From Octopus sinensis (lineage: Eukaryota): DNA of 64,000 nucleotides. The first letter of the stretch is position 1. The number at the start of each line of letters is the position of its first letter. The DNA lies in the NCBI RefSeq assembly GCF_006345805.1, contig NC_043003.1:56048001-56112000 (forward strand). Reading direction: 5' to 3'. The translations under genes were made by a program, and so were the position numbers. Below, piece after piece: positions 13,761 to 28,684 of this stretch. Under the pieces are notes generated by a model. That model did not search any database, was not told the origin of the DNA, and was given only the letters and a program-made list of their open reading frames with translations.

Positions 13761-14744
13761 TGATGTTGTTACTACTGTTGTTGTTGCTACTGTTGCTGTT
13801 GTTGGTGGTGGTGGAGTAGGCATTGTTTACTAGTAGTTTCCTGAAGGATTATTTCTAGATGCACTGAGTTTTTACCAAACTTACCTCCACATAGAACATT
13901 TCTAAAGTTTGAGGTGAAGAGAACGAGAGTTTTATATATACCCAAGTAGAGAAAATGCGCGTACATTTAATTTATGTTAAGCTTCCGGTATGTTTTTATG
14001 ATTCGGTTCTTATATATTACTTCATTCTTGGCGCAATATATATGTATTTGTGCATGTGATAGTGTGTGGATGTATGTTCGTATATGCACTGAAACGTACG
14101 TTTGGAGAAAACGACCACTTTTTATACAGTCTTGTCGCTGGAGTGCTTTAAACATGAATTAGACAAACACGAACAGATATAATAGTTCACACACACACAC
14201 ATAGATGTATGCATAGGTATGTATGAATATATATATATATACGTTTAAATATTTGTTGTGCAATTTTTTATGTGAAGTCGTGTGTTGAAACAAAGGACCA
14301 CTGATGCGGTCACAGGAATGTGACGAAAGAACTCTGGCCGAAATAAGATTAAGATTAATGTAAAAAATAAATAACACTGAAGCAAAATAACACCAAATAT
14401 ATAGTGCGTGTGTTTTTATTGGCTAAACTGGCAATATGACCATTCCGAAATATAACAATATATATATATATATAAGATGGAGTTTCCCATTGAACACTAT
14501 GTATGAGCCTTTAGTAATTGCCGAACGACCTGACACAAGTAGTTTGTTTATAGTGATGACATGTATGTGCCGTACGTTAACTCACTCATTTCATCAAAGC
14601 GACGTTGCCGGAACAGGTGTACGGTGTACCATGCATCAGATATCGAAGTGATCGAATGGCAATATTAGATGAAAGTCTAGGAATTGAAACCGCAATCTCG
14701 CGATCGTGAGTGCATCATCCTAACCGCAGTGTCATGCGTCCTCA

Positions 14745-14839
<95 letters not shown>

Positions 14840-15021
14840 GTATGAATTTATTTCTATATAAAAATGTATATATGTACATATATATACACATATATACATA
14901 TATCTAGCTTCTAAGTGAAAGGAAAGGCACCAGGTTCTTTGTCTATCTCCTTCTAGGAGATTTCAGGCAAAATTATACTAACGTGCCCATCTATTTTAAT
15001 TTAATTATATTCTGTGTCTTT

Positions 15022-15110
15022 GTGCAGCTAAGGATGTCTCAGCATTTAAATTGATATAATTTATTGCACTGTTCAATTATATGGAGTCGCATGAAACGAT
15101 CGTACTGCAT
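15022..15110 (+). ncRNA. Minimal type I hammerhead-like motif, core mutated (G5A)
   Basis: Stem I TGCAG 15023-27 / CTGCA 15105-09; core CTAAGGA; long stem II (CTC/GAG, AATTGA/TCAATT); GAAAC-GATC-GTA at 15093-15104. Confidence 0.6.
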
Positions 15111-15295
15111 TACCTCTGGATGTCCTTGTTGCTTATTTTGATTCTAATCACCTTATTTTGAAATTGTATGGATAATACCGCATTAAATTCTGGTGCGTCA
15201 ACTTAAGTACCATATTCATCAGAATCTAAATTTTTGTTGAACTTATATGTGTATATATATACATATATATATACCTACACGTATATGTGTACACA

Positions 15296-15356
<61 letters not shown>

Positions 15357-15619
15357 TATATATATATGTATGTATATTCCTACAATCGAATAAGGAGAGC
15401 ATTGTCGTTGTGAATTTTCATTCCTTCCATCCTTTTATTTTATTTGTTTACTTTTCTATTTTTATGGCTTCCTTTACCTCTCTGTGTTCCCCTTTTCTGT
15501 ATCATATGATTCTGTAAATGAACAATCTGGTGTATTTGCTTTTACGGCCTACCAATGTATACAGTACGTTTCTCTACTAGTAGTAGTAGTAGTAGTAGTA
15601 ATAATGATAATATAATTGT

Positions 15620-16390
15620 ATCCTATTTTGGCATGCCGGAGAGCGATGATTGTGGCTGACAGGCGGACACTTTAAAGGAAAAATCGAATATCAAGATCAA
15701 ACCATCAGGACGGATTAGTTGACGGCAAATATTGATAAGACTAAGTCATGGAGCAAATTCAGAACCTGTATGGAGGGAAATGAAGAATTAACAATATCTT
15801 GAGTGATTGCAGTAAAATAGCGCACAGAGAGTATAAATGCAGGCCTAACAAGATAGGTTAAACCGTTAAATAATAAATTGGGATTTTAACCGAGTGTATG
15901 GATTCATACTAACAGGAAATTAACAAGAACACGAACTAGATGCTGTAATAAAGAATACGAATTACATAACGACTGACCTTTATTCTAAAGCACTAGAACC
16001 GGATATGATTACAGAGGACAAAATAAATAAACAGTGTAAAATCAAACACTTGTCAATGCCATTTGATATTAGAGTGGCTAGCAAATGAATTGAAATAATT
16101 GAGAAATATCAGCCAAAAAGTTGAAGAAATCGCGGAGGACAAAGATGACAATTATCCCGATGATAATTGGTAACCTCGCACAACACCCAAACTGTTACCT
16201 AAAATGCTGAAAGATGGTGGAATCGAGACATCCATCGTCAGCCTGCAAACAATTGCAATCTTTTGGTCTGTAAGAATCCTAAGAAAGATGATTAAGATTT
16301 GAGGAGACTTGTTGTCTATAAACTTTATGATAACCCTGCTACCAAATATAGTTAGTAATGTTATGATGATGAGAATAATAGCAATAATGC
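15620..16390 (+). mobile_element. Degenerate 3' part of an R4/Dong LINE (CCHC/RLE region)
   Basis: Remnants of the QDQ, zinc-knuckle, REYKCR and IPMIIG...ILRK segments, collinear with the copy at 42184-43625; preceded by (TAG)n/(TAA)n. Confidence 0.6.
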
Positions 16391-16580
16391 CTATAGATTT
16401 ATGTATGTATGTATGTATGTATGTATGTATGTATGTATGTATGTATGTATATATATATATATATATATGTTATACATGCACATATATAATCAGGAGAGAA
16501 GTATGCCCATTAATCCGCATTTTTCTCTTTATATCTCACAATGAGAGTGGAGAGGAAAGAAAGGTAGTGAGGTAAGCAGT

Positions 16581-16620
<40 letters not shown>

Positions 16621-17213
16621 AAGAGAGAGGGAATGAGAAGGAGAGAGTAGAAGGAAGAGAGATATAGTCGGTGGAATAGATGAAAACACGGTGAGTTTTG
16701 CGTACACGTGGACAAACAACTATAACATAGAGAGAAATACAGAGATTAAATTATTACCGATTTCAACAAACAAGAAAAACATTGGCGCCAAATTCTTCTT
16801 TGGCCATTCAATTTATCCCTGTTCCACGGCCAACATAGTCTCGTTACATCAGCTACTTACGCGCATGACGCACAAAGAAATATACAGATCCAACGCAAAT
16901 ATACACGCAATGAGACATGTAATATCAAATACAGTGTTATATATGTGAGGAGATGCAGTTTCCAAATACACACACTCCAAAATACGTAAATATGAACGCA
17001 TACAAGAATAAGTGATAGACGTATGTAGATATATTTACTGTCGCTCCACAATACGCGTTGATTGATACGCAAGTATACTTATGTAGGTATGAGTGTATAC
17101 GTGTGTATGCATGAGTGTGTTGTGTGCGTATATATTTATATGCATGTATATACTGTACAAATTCCCATACATACTTAGATTCATACATGCAATCATATAT
17201 ATATATATATAAT

Positions 17214-17262
<49 letters not shown>

Positions 17263-18071
17263 TATATATATGTGTATATAGATACATATATACATGCATA
17301 TATACATATATGTATATATATATATGTGTGTATCTATATTTATATGCGTATATATATATGTATTTGTGTGTGTATATATATGCATATATATATATATATA
17401 TATATGTGTGTATCTATATTATATGCGTATATATATATGTATATATATATATATATATACACGCATATATATCTCACGCATACATATCTATCACTGTGTG
17501 TGTGTGCCTACACTTGTTGATAGGTTAACATGAGCGCGCTTACACACACAATGTTAGACACGCATGCAAATTTTCATTAGTATAAGAGCTGTATATTCCC
17601 TTGATCCCATTTACGATGCGGTCTCATAATTTCTGTATGATTTCTCCTGCGGTCAATGTTGAGGCGCACTGCATGGCTTTCTTGGTATCGCAATGCTGTT
17701 TAAATTGCTATGCCGATACTTTCTACTATCAAGCTCTTTCTGTCTTTTGTTCTTTCTCTCTCTAAGTCGCTCTTTACTTAGCTAACAAACAAGATCTTTC
17801 TACTCACACAAGACCTTTCCACCTATACAATGCCTTTCTACTCATAATTGTTTTCTCACTTAAGTTAATCATCGAACGTATCAAACAGACACTTCGTATT
17901 CTCACTGCCTGCTACATTTACTCTTCACGCACCTAAGCATATGCCTTTTTCTTCCACCATTACACGTGTGTTTTGTCTTTATTTCATTATATTTTGTACT
18001 ATACTAACGTTCCAGTCGCACATTTTGTTCTGTACCGTTTGATACGTCTGCATGTTATCGCGGCTATTCTC

Positions 18072-18120
<49 letters not shown>

Positions 18121-18350
18121 GTTTCTTACTGCCCACTAGGGGTTAAACATAGAGGGGACAAACAAGGACAGACAAAGGGATTAAGTCGATTACATCGACT
18201 CCAGTGCGTAACTGGTACATTATTTATCGACCCCGAAAGGATGAAAGGCAAAGTCGACTTCGGCGGAATTTGAACTCAGAACGTAACGGCAGACGAAATA
18301 CGGCTACGCATTCCGCCCGGCGTGCTAACGTTTCTGCCAGCTCGCCGCCT
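18121..18350 (-). mobile_element. tRNA-derived SINE, family A (Tx1-like tail), full length
   Basis: Reverse complement of GGCGGCGAGCTGGCAGAAACGTTAGCACGCCGGGCG...TTTGTCCCCTCTATGTTTAACCCCTAGTGGGCAGTAAGAAAC; embedded in (TA)n. Confidence 0.88.
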
Positions 18351-19177
18351 TCAGATATATATATATGACTAGCAGACACCGTGCCGTCAAAAACGACGGC
18401 TAGGTGTAGATTTTTTATATACAAATAAGGATGGTAAATCAATTTAATACACTTGTTAATGTTATCTAATGGTTGTCTTTTGAGAAGTGGCATCGATCAT
18501 CGTTTGTTACTGAAAGAACGCTGGTTCAGATATACAAACATTCACATACTTCCTTTGTACACGCACACACATATACTCACACAGAATTGAAACGCTGTTT
18601 GATTTTTCTTTTGAGCGTGGAATGTTCAGCATCCCACTTCAATTGTACATACACAAACATTCACACACCTTCCTTCTCGTTACCAGTTTCCCATCACCCT
18701 TTCCTTCCTTCCGTCCTTCCATCCTTCCTTATTCATCTATCACCCCTTCTTTTCTCATTCATGTGTTGTGACGGAGAAAAACACAAGACTATTATTATAG
18801 TAGATTGTTGTTGACATCTTTAGCGTGAATAGTTTTGTCCTAAGGCGTCGAAACGACGAAAATGCTTTGTTGGACAGTTGTATTATCTTTTATCATGTCT
18901 GTTACATATGTTCATCATTTGTGTAAAATTACTCCGCACATACACACACATTCACACACACACTCATACGCACGCACACACATGTATGTGCGTGGGTTTG
19001 CGTGTCTGTGTGTGTATAGATTCCTTCAGTCCTTAAATAGTTCGTTTCGGGAATATAGTTCCTTTTAACATATTAACACTTAAAAAAACTGTTCACATTT
19101 CCATTATAAAGTACTTGTATGTTGAGAAATTCTATATATCTTTTTTACTACAACATAAATGAAATGAGTGTATATAT

Positions 19178-19221
<44 letters not shown>

Positions 19222-19311
19222 TATATATATATATATATATATTATTATATATATATTCATATATATATATTATATATGTGTGTGTATGTATGTATGTATA
19301 TATGTATATAG

Positions 19312-19467
19312 GAAGTGTTGTAAGTAGCTTGCTTACCAACCCCATGGTTCCAGGTTCATTACCACTGCGTGGCACCTTGGGCAAGTGTCTTCTACTATAG
19401 CCTCGGGCCGACAAAACCTTGTGGGTGGATTTGGTAGGCGGAAACTGAAAGAAGCCCGTCGTATATA

Positions 19468-19512
<45 letters not shown>

Positions 19513-19728
19513 GTGTTTATGTGTTTGTGCTTGTTCCTCCAACATCGGTTGACAACCGAAGGTGGTGTGTTTATATCCCCGTAACTTAGCGGCTCGGCAA
19601 AAAAGACCGATAGAATAAGTACTAGGCTTACAAGGAATAAATCCTGGGGTCAATTTGCTCGAATAAAGGCGGTGCTTCAGCATGGCCATAGTGAAATGAC
19701 TGAAACAAGTAAAAGTGAGTAAAGAGAG
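19312..19728 (+). mobile_element. Family-B SINE, full length, with internal (TA)n/(TG)n tract
   Basis: tRNA-like head (GGTTCCAGGTTCATTACC), body GGGCAAGTGTCTTCTACTATAGCC and tail GACTGAAACAAGTAAAAG; collinear with the copies at 21560, 33252 and 36755. Confidence 0.85.
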
Positions 19729-20488
19729 TGTATACCCATGTAGTTTTTAGTGAACTGTACTGACTTCGAATTGTTTGTCTTCGTGTGTATTTCTGTACTT
19801 CTGAAAGGCACTATCTATACTCCGAGATATTTAAAGTAACTGTCAATTTATTATGGTGTAGTGAAGCTAATATGTGGATTTACTCTAACCACAACACCAT
19901 CGGAAAAGAAAATGAACTTTTAAACCTGCTCGTACTTTTATCACAATGAGTTCGTAACCAAACTGCCAACCATAGGTGAAATTAGTAATTGTCTCGCCAT
20001 AAACTGAAAGTTGGAAAATGTGACTTTATTGGAAATACATTCATGAAACGCAAAACTGACGGATTTTTCTCGTATCTTCAATAATACGATGGTGAAAGGG
20101 CAACATCCAAAACGTCGTGTGTAGTGATTGAATCCAACAAAAATGTAATCGGTGAAGTGATTGATGGTGCCATATCCCACGTAACCTTCTTTTTATAACG
20201 GGAAGCTTAGATAACTGAGAATATTTTACTGTTATTTCATGTGGTTTGGGCTACCAAATTCAGACTCACCGCTCACTTTCTCACACCCAGTTACCACATG
20301 TACACGTTGTTTTAGAATCCGAATGACGGGATATGGTATTAAATAAAATTCCAGTAATATTTACATTTAATTAACCACTTTATTACACAGTTACACCCAC
20401 ACACACGTACGCAAACCAGCAAGTATATATGTATATGCGCGCGTGTGTGTGTGTGTGTGTGTGTGCGTGTATGTATACACACACACCA

Positions 20489-20581
<93 letters not shown>

Positions 20582-21441
20582 TGGTGCATGTATGTTTGTG
20601 TCTATGTTCATACATACAAGCACGAACACACACATATCTGTAACTATGTATATATGTATAATATATATATATATATATACACACAAACATATTTATATCC
20701 ATCTGTTTATGTGTGTCCGCGTGTGTGTGTATTTTTGTGTGTATGTGAGTGTGTGTCTGTGTACCTGCGTGTGTGTAATAGACAATATTTTCATGCTTAT
20801 ACTGATAATATCTTTAAATACAATCAATACAGCGACCACTTGGTCTTGGACAAAATGTCACGGGATGCTAAAGTAAACACCAAGTCATTTAACTTTCCTA
20901 TTAACACCGTTTAATTAAAAATAAATGAAAGACCAATAAACTATCATTTATGACTAATCAAAACAGAAGTTGCTTAAGTAAATAATATATTACAGCAACC
21001 GAGGAATCCGTGTCAATTGACTTTCGAAAAAAAATTTATTCATTAAGTGAGTAATAATTTAATTACTATAATTAATTCGTATAGATTTCACTTGAAACTT
21101 ACATAATTTTATTCGTGTGAACAGGAGTGAATAATAAAATATATAAATAAATAGATAAATAAATAAATAAATAGATAAAATGTAGATGGCGTTTTTTCAA
21201 ATTATATTTTGACAAGTTTTTCTTCAGCAAGGCACTGAATGATTCATGAAGTTGTATTTTTGTAACTAAGATAGATTTACCTGAAACTACAACTTTAAAT
21301 TCTCTTTTCACTTTGATTACAGTTTCCACACTCCAATAGCAATTTAGGAAAGATTAAGTATAGTGCCGTTCCTTATGTTTTATCCTTTGTATCTAGGACT
21401 AAAATAGAATGGAATTTTTAGCTGCCAAATTCTGCACCCAC

Positions 21442-21498
<57 letters not shown>

Positions 21499-21559
21499 AC
21501 ACACAAACAAATATACACTCACGCACACACACACCTGTATATATATTCATTTATTCGTT

Positions 21560-21962
21560 AATTTGTTTTAGTAATTTTGAGTACAGCCATGCTGGAATGC
21601 CGCCTTTAGTCGAACATATCGACTCAACGACTTATTCGTTGTAAGCGCAGTACTTATTCTACCCGTGTCTGTTACCGAACCGCTAAGTTACGGGGACGTA
21701 AATACACCAACATCGGTTGTTAAGTGATAATGGGAGGGACAAAAACAGACACACAAACATACGCACACAAACACACACACACGCACACACAAAAACACAC
21801 ACAATATATATATATACGACGGGCTTCTTTCAGTTCCCGTCTACCAAATCTAATCCCAAGGAGGCTATAGTAGATGTCAATCGCCCAAGGTGCCACAGTG
21901 GGACTGAACCCGCAACCATGTGGTTAGAAAGCAAGCTTCTTACCATAGAGACACGCTGCGCC
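21560..21962 (-). mobile_element. Family-B SINE, full length
   Basis: Collinear with 19312-19728 in reverse orientation. Confidence 0.85.
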
Positions 21963-21984
21963 TATATATATATATATATATATA

Positions 21985-23137
21985 TCTGTATTTCATGTTT
22001 CTGTATTCCATTATTGTTTTTGGTTTTTTTATATCTGTCCCTTTTGCTCTGTCTGGTGTTCGTATGCATTCGATCCTTCTTCCAGGAAATCTACGCTTCC
22101 AGCTTAGTTTTTCTAATGCTCGTTGCTTAGTTTTTCTTGGAGGGCTGCGCGTGATCTAGTAATCTCAAGATTAATCAGCCGAAATTACTACGATGATCCG
22201 GTTCTGACTGAAGACTGAGGGTTTCGAGTGTCCTGTCCGTGTTTATTGTGTCGTCTTCTAAGAGTTATACGTTCTTGTCCATGTTGTATTTTCTATATCT
22301 TAACATATATTCCAGGCGCCCCGTACCCTCTTATCATTAATGTGAGCACATATTCTTAATAATGGTATACGACTCTCTGTTTGTCTCTCTCTCTCTCTCA
22401 TTTTTACTTGATCTGTCCCCCTCTCTCTTTTCTCTCTACTCATCCTCTTTTTCTCTTCTCTTTCCTCTGATTCTTTGGTCTAGTCTTCCACTACCCTCCT
22501 ATTTCTTGTCTCGCTTGCACTCACAGGTCATTCTTCGACACCCATCCCTTCTCCTCTCTGATTCCTTCTTTCTCTCCTTCTCTCTTTGTTGCGTTTGTCC
22601 CTCCTCTCTCTCTCTCTCTTCCTTTGCTTCTCTTTCTTTTCTTTTCCCTCTTCTCTGTCACGTGACTGTTGGCCGAAATCTGCCTTTCAGCTCCTGACCC
22701 TCGTCGTGTTAACATCGTTGTTTTTGTTGTCTGCCGCTATAAAGGCTTCTTCCAATGCGCCAGAGAAAAAATTTGTTTGTGCTTGTTATCAGTCGTAAGA
22801 CACTTGTGGTTTTCACCGTTAATGCTTCTGTATTTCTGTTTCTGTATTCCATTATTGTTTTTTGTTTTTTTTATATCTGTCCCTTTTGCTGTCCTGGTGT
22901 TCGTATGCATTCGATCCTTCTTCCAGGAAATCTACGCTTCCAGCTTAGTTTTCTAATGCTCGTTGCTTAGTTTTTCTTGAGAGGGCTGGCCGTGATCTAG
23001 TAATCTCAAGATTAATCAGCCGAAATTACTACGATGATCCGGTTTTGACTGAAGACTGAGGGTTTCGAGTGTCCTGTCCGTGTTTATTGTGTCGTCTTCT
23101 AAGAGTTATACGTTCTTGTCCATGTTGTATTTTTCTA
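21985..23137. repeat. Element with about 311-bp terminal direct repeats (21985-22295 and 22827-23137), flanked by (TA)n
   Basis: Near-identical blocks TCTGTATTT...CGTATGCATTCGATCCTTCTTCCAGG...CCATGTTGTATTTTCTA; period 842 bp; no ORF homology. Confidence 0.85.
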
Positions 23138-23527
23138 CATACCTTATTATATATATATATATGTGGATAGATAAATAGAGAAATAGATAGATAGCTAGAT
23201 AGGTATGAGTAATGTTATTGCATTAAGTTTGTGATATATTACTTCTCTGCAATATAATGCAATAAAGTGCATAGGCTCTTGGTACGCTCAGTGTAGGTTT
23301 CCAAGCCACCGTAATGCTGAAACGTCTGTAGGAGTAAATAATATAGTGGTCTGTATCTCTTATTTTCTCCTACATTCGCTCTGTATCTCATAACTAGTAA
23401 TAATATTAAGTAAAGTATTTACTCTACAACTATGCAGGTGGCAATATTGGAATATAATAACCTATGTGGAGCATTAAGTTAACAGCAACAGTTGCACATT
23501 TCTATGTACTCAGGAGATATGCTATGT

Positions 23528-23560
<33 letters not shown>

Positions 23561-23884
23561 GTGAAACTAATCCGTTAGAAAATCTCAGTTCGAGATAGAA
23601 GCAATATACGAGCCAAAAAGTATTGTTTATGGTCACTTTAATGTGACTGTCCTCTAAGAGACGACGATACTGCTATTAAACCCCATGTATACATCTCCTG
23701 CTTGCAATAAATATCGAGTGTGAGAAGCGGTCTGAATAAACCAGCTGGAGGAGATGTCTTCCTGGGGTTAAATGGTAGTGTCGTCGTCTTTTAGAGGATA
23801 GCCACAGTAAAATGGCCACAAAAAATACCCCCACACACTTGCACACACATGTATGTGTGTTTAAATACATATATGTATATATGT

Positions 23885-23889
23885 ATGTT

Positions 23890-23944
<55 letters not shown>

Positions 23945-23945
23945 G

Positions 23946-23987
<42 letters not shown>

Positions 23988-24166
23988 CATAGATAGATAG
24001 AGAGAGACAGACAGATAGACAGATAGATAGATAGATAGACTGATAGATAGATAGATAGACAGACAGATAGACAGACATATAGATAGATAGATAAATATGT
24101 TGATAGATAGACAGACAGATATATAGATAGATAGATAGATAGATAGTTAAATAGATAGACAGACAG

Positions 24167-24222
<56 letters not shown>
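23885..24222 (+). repeat. (TA)n followed by a (TAGA)n/(CAGA)n tract = tail of the second Tx1 copy
   Basis: Directly visible. Confidence 0.95.
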
Positions 24223-24970
24223 GTTTCTTTATTGGCCACACAGGGCTGCACACAGATGGGACAAATTACAGGGTAGAGCTTTAATTTTGGGGGATGATAA
24301 AAACAAAAAAAAACAAAAAAAAGAAACAAAAAAAGTGGCGTAAGTTTTCGATCAACAGGGATCGTAAAAGGGGAAAAAGAGAAAAAAAAGGAGAAGAAAC
24401 AAAAGAAAAGAAAAAGGAAAAAAGAAGAAAAAAGAGGGAAAAAAACGATCAATAGAGATCGTGTATCACAGTGTCATGATGTACGGTGTAAAGGGGGAAG
24501 CAGATAAGGTTTATCCGTGGGAAGAAAAGCCTACGAAAAAGACCACGGTAACCTCGGTCAATATTGTTATATGTTACCACATTTGTTTGCAAGTGGGTAA
24601 CCCTCTGTTTTCAATTTCTGGGTTCATAGAATTTTGCTCAAGGTGGCTTCGTCATTCATACGTTTCCATCCTTGCTACATTCACCCATCTTTTTTTAAAA
24701 CGTTCGCTAGACAAAACTTGCCTCTCTACTCTCACTTTCCTTTTTAAATGGTACTTGAAGAAGTTGATGAGAGATTGACCAGAGAGGAAAGTGTTTGTCT
24801 CCAATCCTTTTAGACGCGTCCACCAGATACATTCTTTCGCCATAGCCACAAGGATGAGGAAAATAGCTCTTCCTTCCAGTTTGAAGGAAGGAGGCGTGAC
24901 AATATTGACGATAGACTCAGCTGATAAACCGACTCGTCCCAAACGTGACAGCAATTGTTCGACATAGGCC
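24223..24970 (-). mobile_element. 5'-truncated copy of the same Tx1-like LINE family (ORF2 C-terminus + 3' UTR)
   Basis: Encodes VGLSAESIVNIVTPPSFKLEGRAIFLILVAMAKECIWWTRLKGLETNTFLSGQSLINFFKYHLK, nearly identical to 2131-2541; same 3' end GCAGCCCTGTGTGGCCAATAAAGAAAC. Confidence 0.93.
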
Positions 24971-25424
24971 CCCATATGTGTGTGTATGCGTGTGCTTGTG
25001 TGCGCGTGTCTGTGTAAGTGTGTGTATGTTTTGCTTGTTTGTGTCGGTATCTGAGTGTGTGTGAGTGCAAGAGACCCGTGTTGAAGTTTCCAAACATCAA
25101 ATCCCATTTGAAATGAACAAGATCTGAAGACCACGATGAAATCAAAGTGAGTGCGATGAGGCAGGTACTCACTATCCAAAAATGAATTCAAGGTAGGGTC
25201 CCGCCAATGGAATCGATCCTATATAAAGTCTTTGGCTTGAGAAATAGACTACTTCGAAGGGGATTAAATGCCAATTTTATGTGTTGTAGTTATATTTTTA
25301 TAGCACCAGACCTGAATCTTTTAGATGAACCTCCTATCAACAATACGTGTCTGTGTGTGTGCGTTTGTGAGAATGTATGTACATATAGATCTATATACAT
25401 ATATAGAGAGAGATTTGTATACAA

Positions 25425-25497
<73 letters not shown>

Positions 25498-26645
25498 TAA
25501 CTAGAGGATATATTAACCTCTTAAAGGGATGGTTACATCAAAGAAAGCACTGGTTCAATACTTAATATTTTAGGGAAACAAAATTTCCTTAAATCAATAG
25601 ACATATATTAGGCATATAATCTGTATTCAATTAATAATAAAAAAAAAGAAAATGGAGAGTTGAAAGTAAATAATTATTGATAATTTGATAGTCAATGTTT
25701 ACCGGGAAGTGGAATAGTAACAATTTCTAACATTTAGCGGCTTCCAGATAGAGTGTGTGGAAGAGAGACAGTGAAAGAGATTGAAGGAGAGGAAGAGAGA
25801 GAAAGACAGGGAGAGACAGAGAGAAAACTACCCCGCAAATCATGATGTACATCAATAAAAAAACTGCAGATATTGATATTATTTCCCCGGCCCGGCTTCC
25901 TGCACCGATTCTCTGCTTGCAGTCTGGACCCCGCTAAACTCAATTTGTGGTGTCAAAACTTCTTAAAATATGTACTGCTTAAATTTGCTCGCAAAATATC
26001 AATTCCATTTCCGTATTCTAAATATTAATACAAAATTACTGAAGACAGTAGATACCAAATTTATGATTTCAGTAAAAGCCAATTATACATGTGGCGGATT
26101 TATTAAAAATCTTACCATACGTCTTCTGTATATGCGTTTGTTTATATATATAATCACGTGTGTCGTGTGTGAAATTGCATGAGTGTGTGTGTATGCGTTT
26201 GCGTTAGTACGTGTAACAGTGGTTTCCAAATGTTGTGTCTCTTCTATTGTATCGGAAAACAACGAAATTTTAAACGTATAATTACATGCTTTAAGGAAGC
26301 CATACTAATGCCTGAGTCTCTCGAAAATCATATAATTTATAATTAAACATTCCTGGTTAATGAATCTATATCTGTCATCTTTTATTTATTTTTGGTCAAT
26401 GGACTGTGGCCATGCTGGTGCAATACCCTAAAGGGTTTTGTCGAATAAACCACCACTGGTTATTTATTAGTAAGTCTGTTACTTATTCTATTGTCTCTTT
26501 GGCAAACCATTAACTTTCGGAGATCAAAGACACCTGCATCGGTTGTCAAATATGGTGGTGGTAGTTGTGGTGCAATAAATACATATACAGAGAATCACTT
26601 ATGAATACGCAACACACATGCACACGCGTATCTCTCTCTCTCTCA

Positions 26646-26715
<70 letters not shown>

Positions 26716-26806
26716 AATAATATATATATATATATAGATATATGCATATATACATACGTATATTAACTTACCTACTTATATATATATATGTATGTATGTA
26801 TATGTA

Positions 26807-26842
<36 letters not shown>

Positions 26843-27057
26843 TGTATGTATGTATGTATGTATGTGTGTATGTATATACATAAGCACATAGCAGTGCAGG
26901 ACATCACAGAACGTAAGCAACATGAAATACGAAATAAGAAACCATGGAATACGAACTTTTTTGCGAACAATGAACGAAACAAATGGTAAACAAAACAAGC
27001 AACACAAAGAATGTCCTTTCATCAGTTATCGATTGTTTTTCTACTCCGTATATATTT

Positions 27058-27090
<33 letters not shown>

Positions 27091-27116
27091 CATACATATA
27101 TATATATATATATATA

Positions 27117-27175
<59 letters not shown>

Positions 27176-27370
27176 TTTCTCTCTCTTTCATAATGTAACT
27201 GTTTCAGTCGTTAGACTTCGACCAGGCTGGGGTACCGCCTTCCAGTTTTAGTAAAATGAATCGACCTCAGTTCCTTTTTCTAAAACCTGGTATTTATTCT
27301 ATCGGCCTCTTTTACCAAACCACTAAGTTGCGGGGACTCAAACTCACCATCCCCTCCTCACCGTAGTGTC

Positions 27371-27716
27371 AGAGCTATGCCGTCGGGAACTTCGGTTCCT
27401 GGTAGGGCCACCCAAGGCGATTTGCTTGACACCGAGTGGTGTTAGGGGCACAAACCGGCAGACGGGGCTCTGGTGAAAATCCTCGGAGTGTCTGTTTCGG
27501 CAACTGGCGGCTTCTCGGTCGTTCTGTCCCTGCGTCTGTGGACAATCTGCAGCAAACAGGATGTCTATACATGCGGGATTGTTGGGGACCGCTTGTGAAA
27601 TTCATATTCCCACGAAACTTCTTCCACCGCCATGGCTCGAGATGCCTCGAGGGTGGTAGAAGAAGCCGGCTCAACCCGCCCAGGGTAAATGTCGCCACAA
27701 GTACAAGTAAGTAGTA
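27371..27716 (+). mobile_element. Short GC-rich element with an RTE (Expander-like) 5' leader and a CAAGT-repeat tail
   Basis: GAGCTATGCCGTCGGGAACTTCGGTTCCTGGTAGGGCCACCCAAGGC resembles RTE 5' UTRs as I recall them; ends ACAAGTACAAGTAAGT; no ORF homology. Confidence 0.45.
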
Positions 27717-27730
27717 CACAAAAACACACA

Positions 27731-28673
<943 letters not shown>

Positions 28674-28684
28674 ATACATATACG

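Noticed and set aside
17590-17680. Possible GIY-YIG remnant of a Penelope ORF on the minus strand
   Set aside because: Only a few residues match after assuming frameshifts; not supportable.
19941-20290. Possible host exon(s): 79-aa ORF and a minus-strand GTGAGT donor near 20265
   Set aside because: No recognisable domain; the protein-like frames contain stops; no consistent acceptor-donor pair.
22190-22240. GAAA and CTGAAGA within the direct repeat
   Set aside because: Could not build stems for any hammerhead permutation.
25070-25280. Non-repetitive island next to the truncated Tx1, first read as an rRNA fragment or exon
   Set aside because: No conserved rRNA motif matched; short ORFs only; no convincing splice-site pair.
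27398-27412. TGGTAGGGCCAC resembling the pistol ribozyme P1/loop
   Set aside because: The pseudoknot partner and downstream conserved residues are absent.
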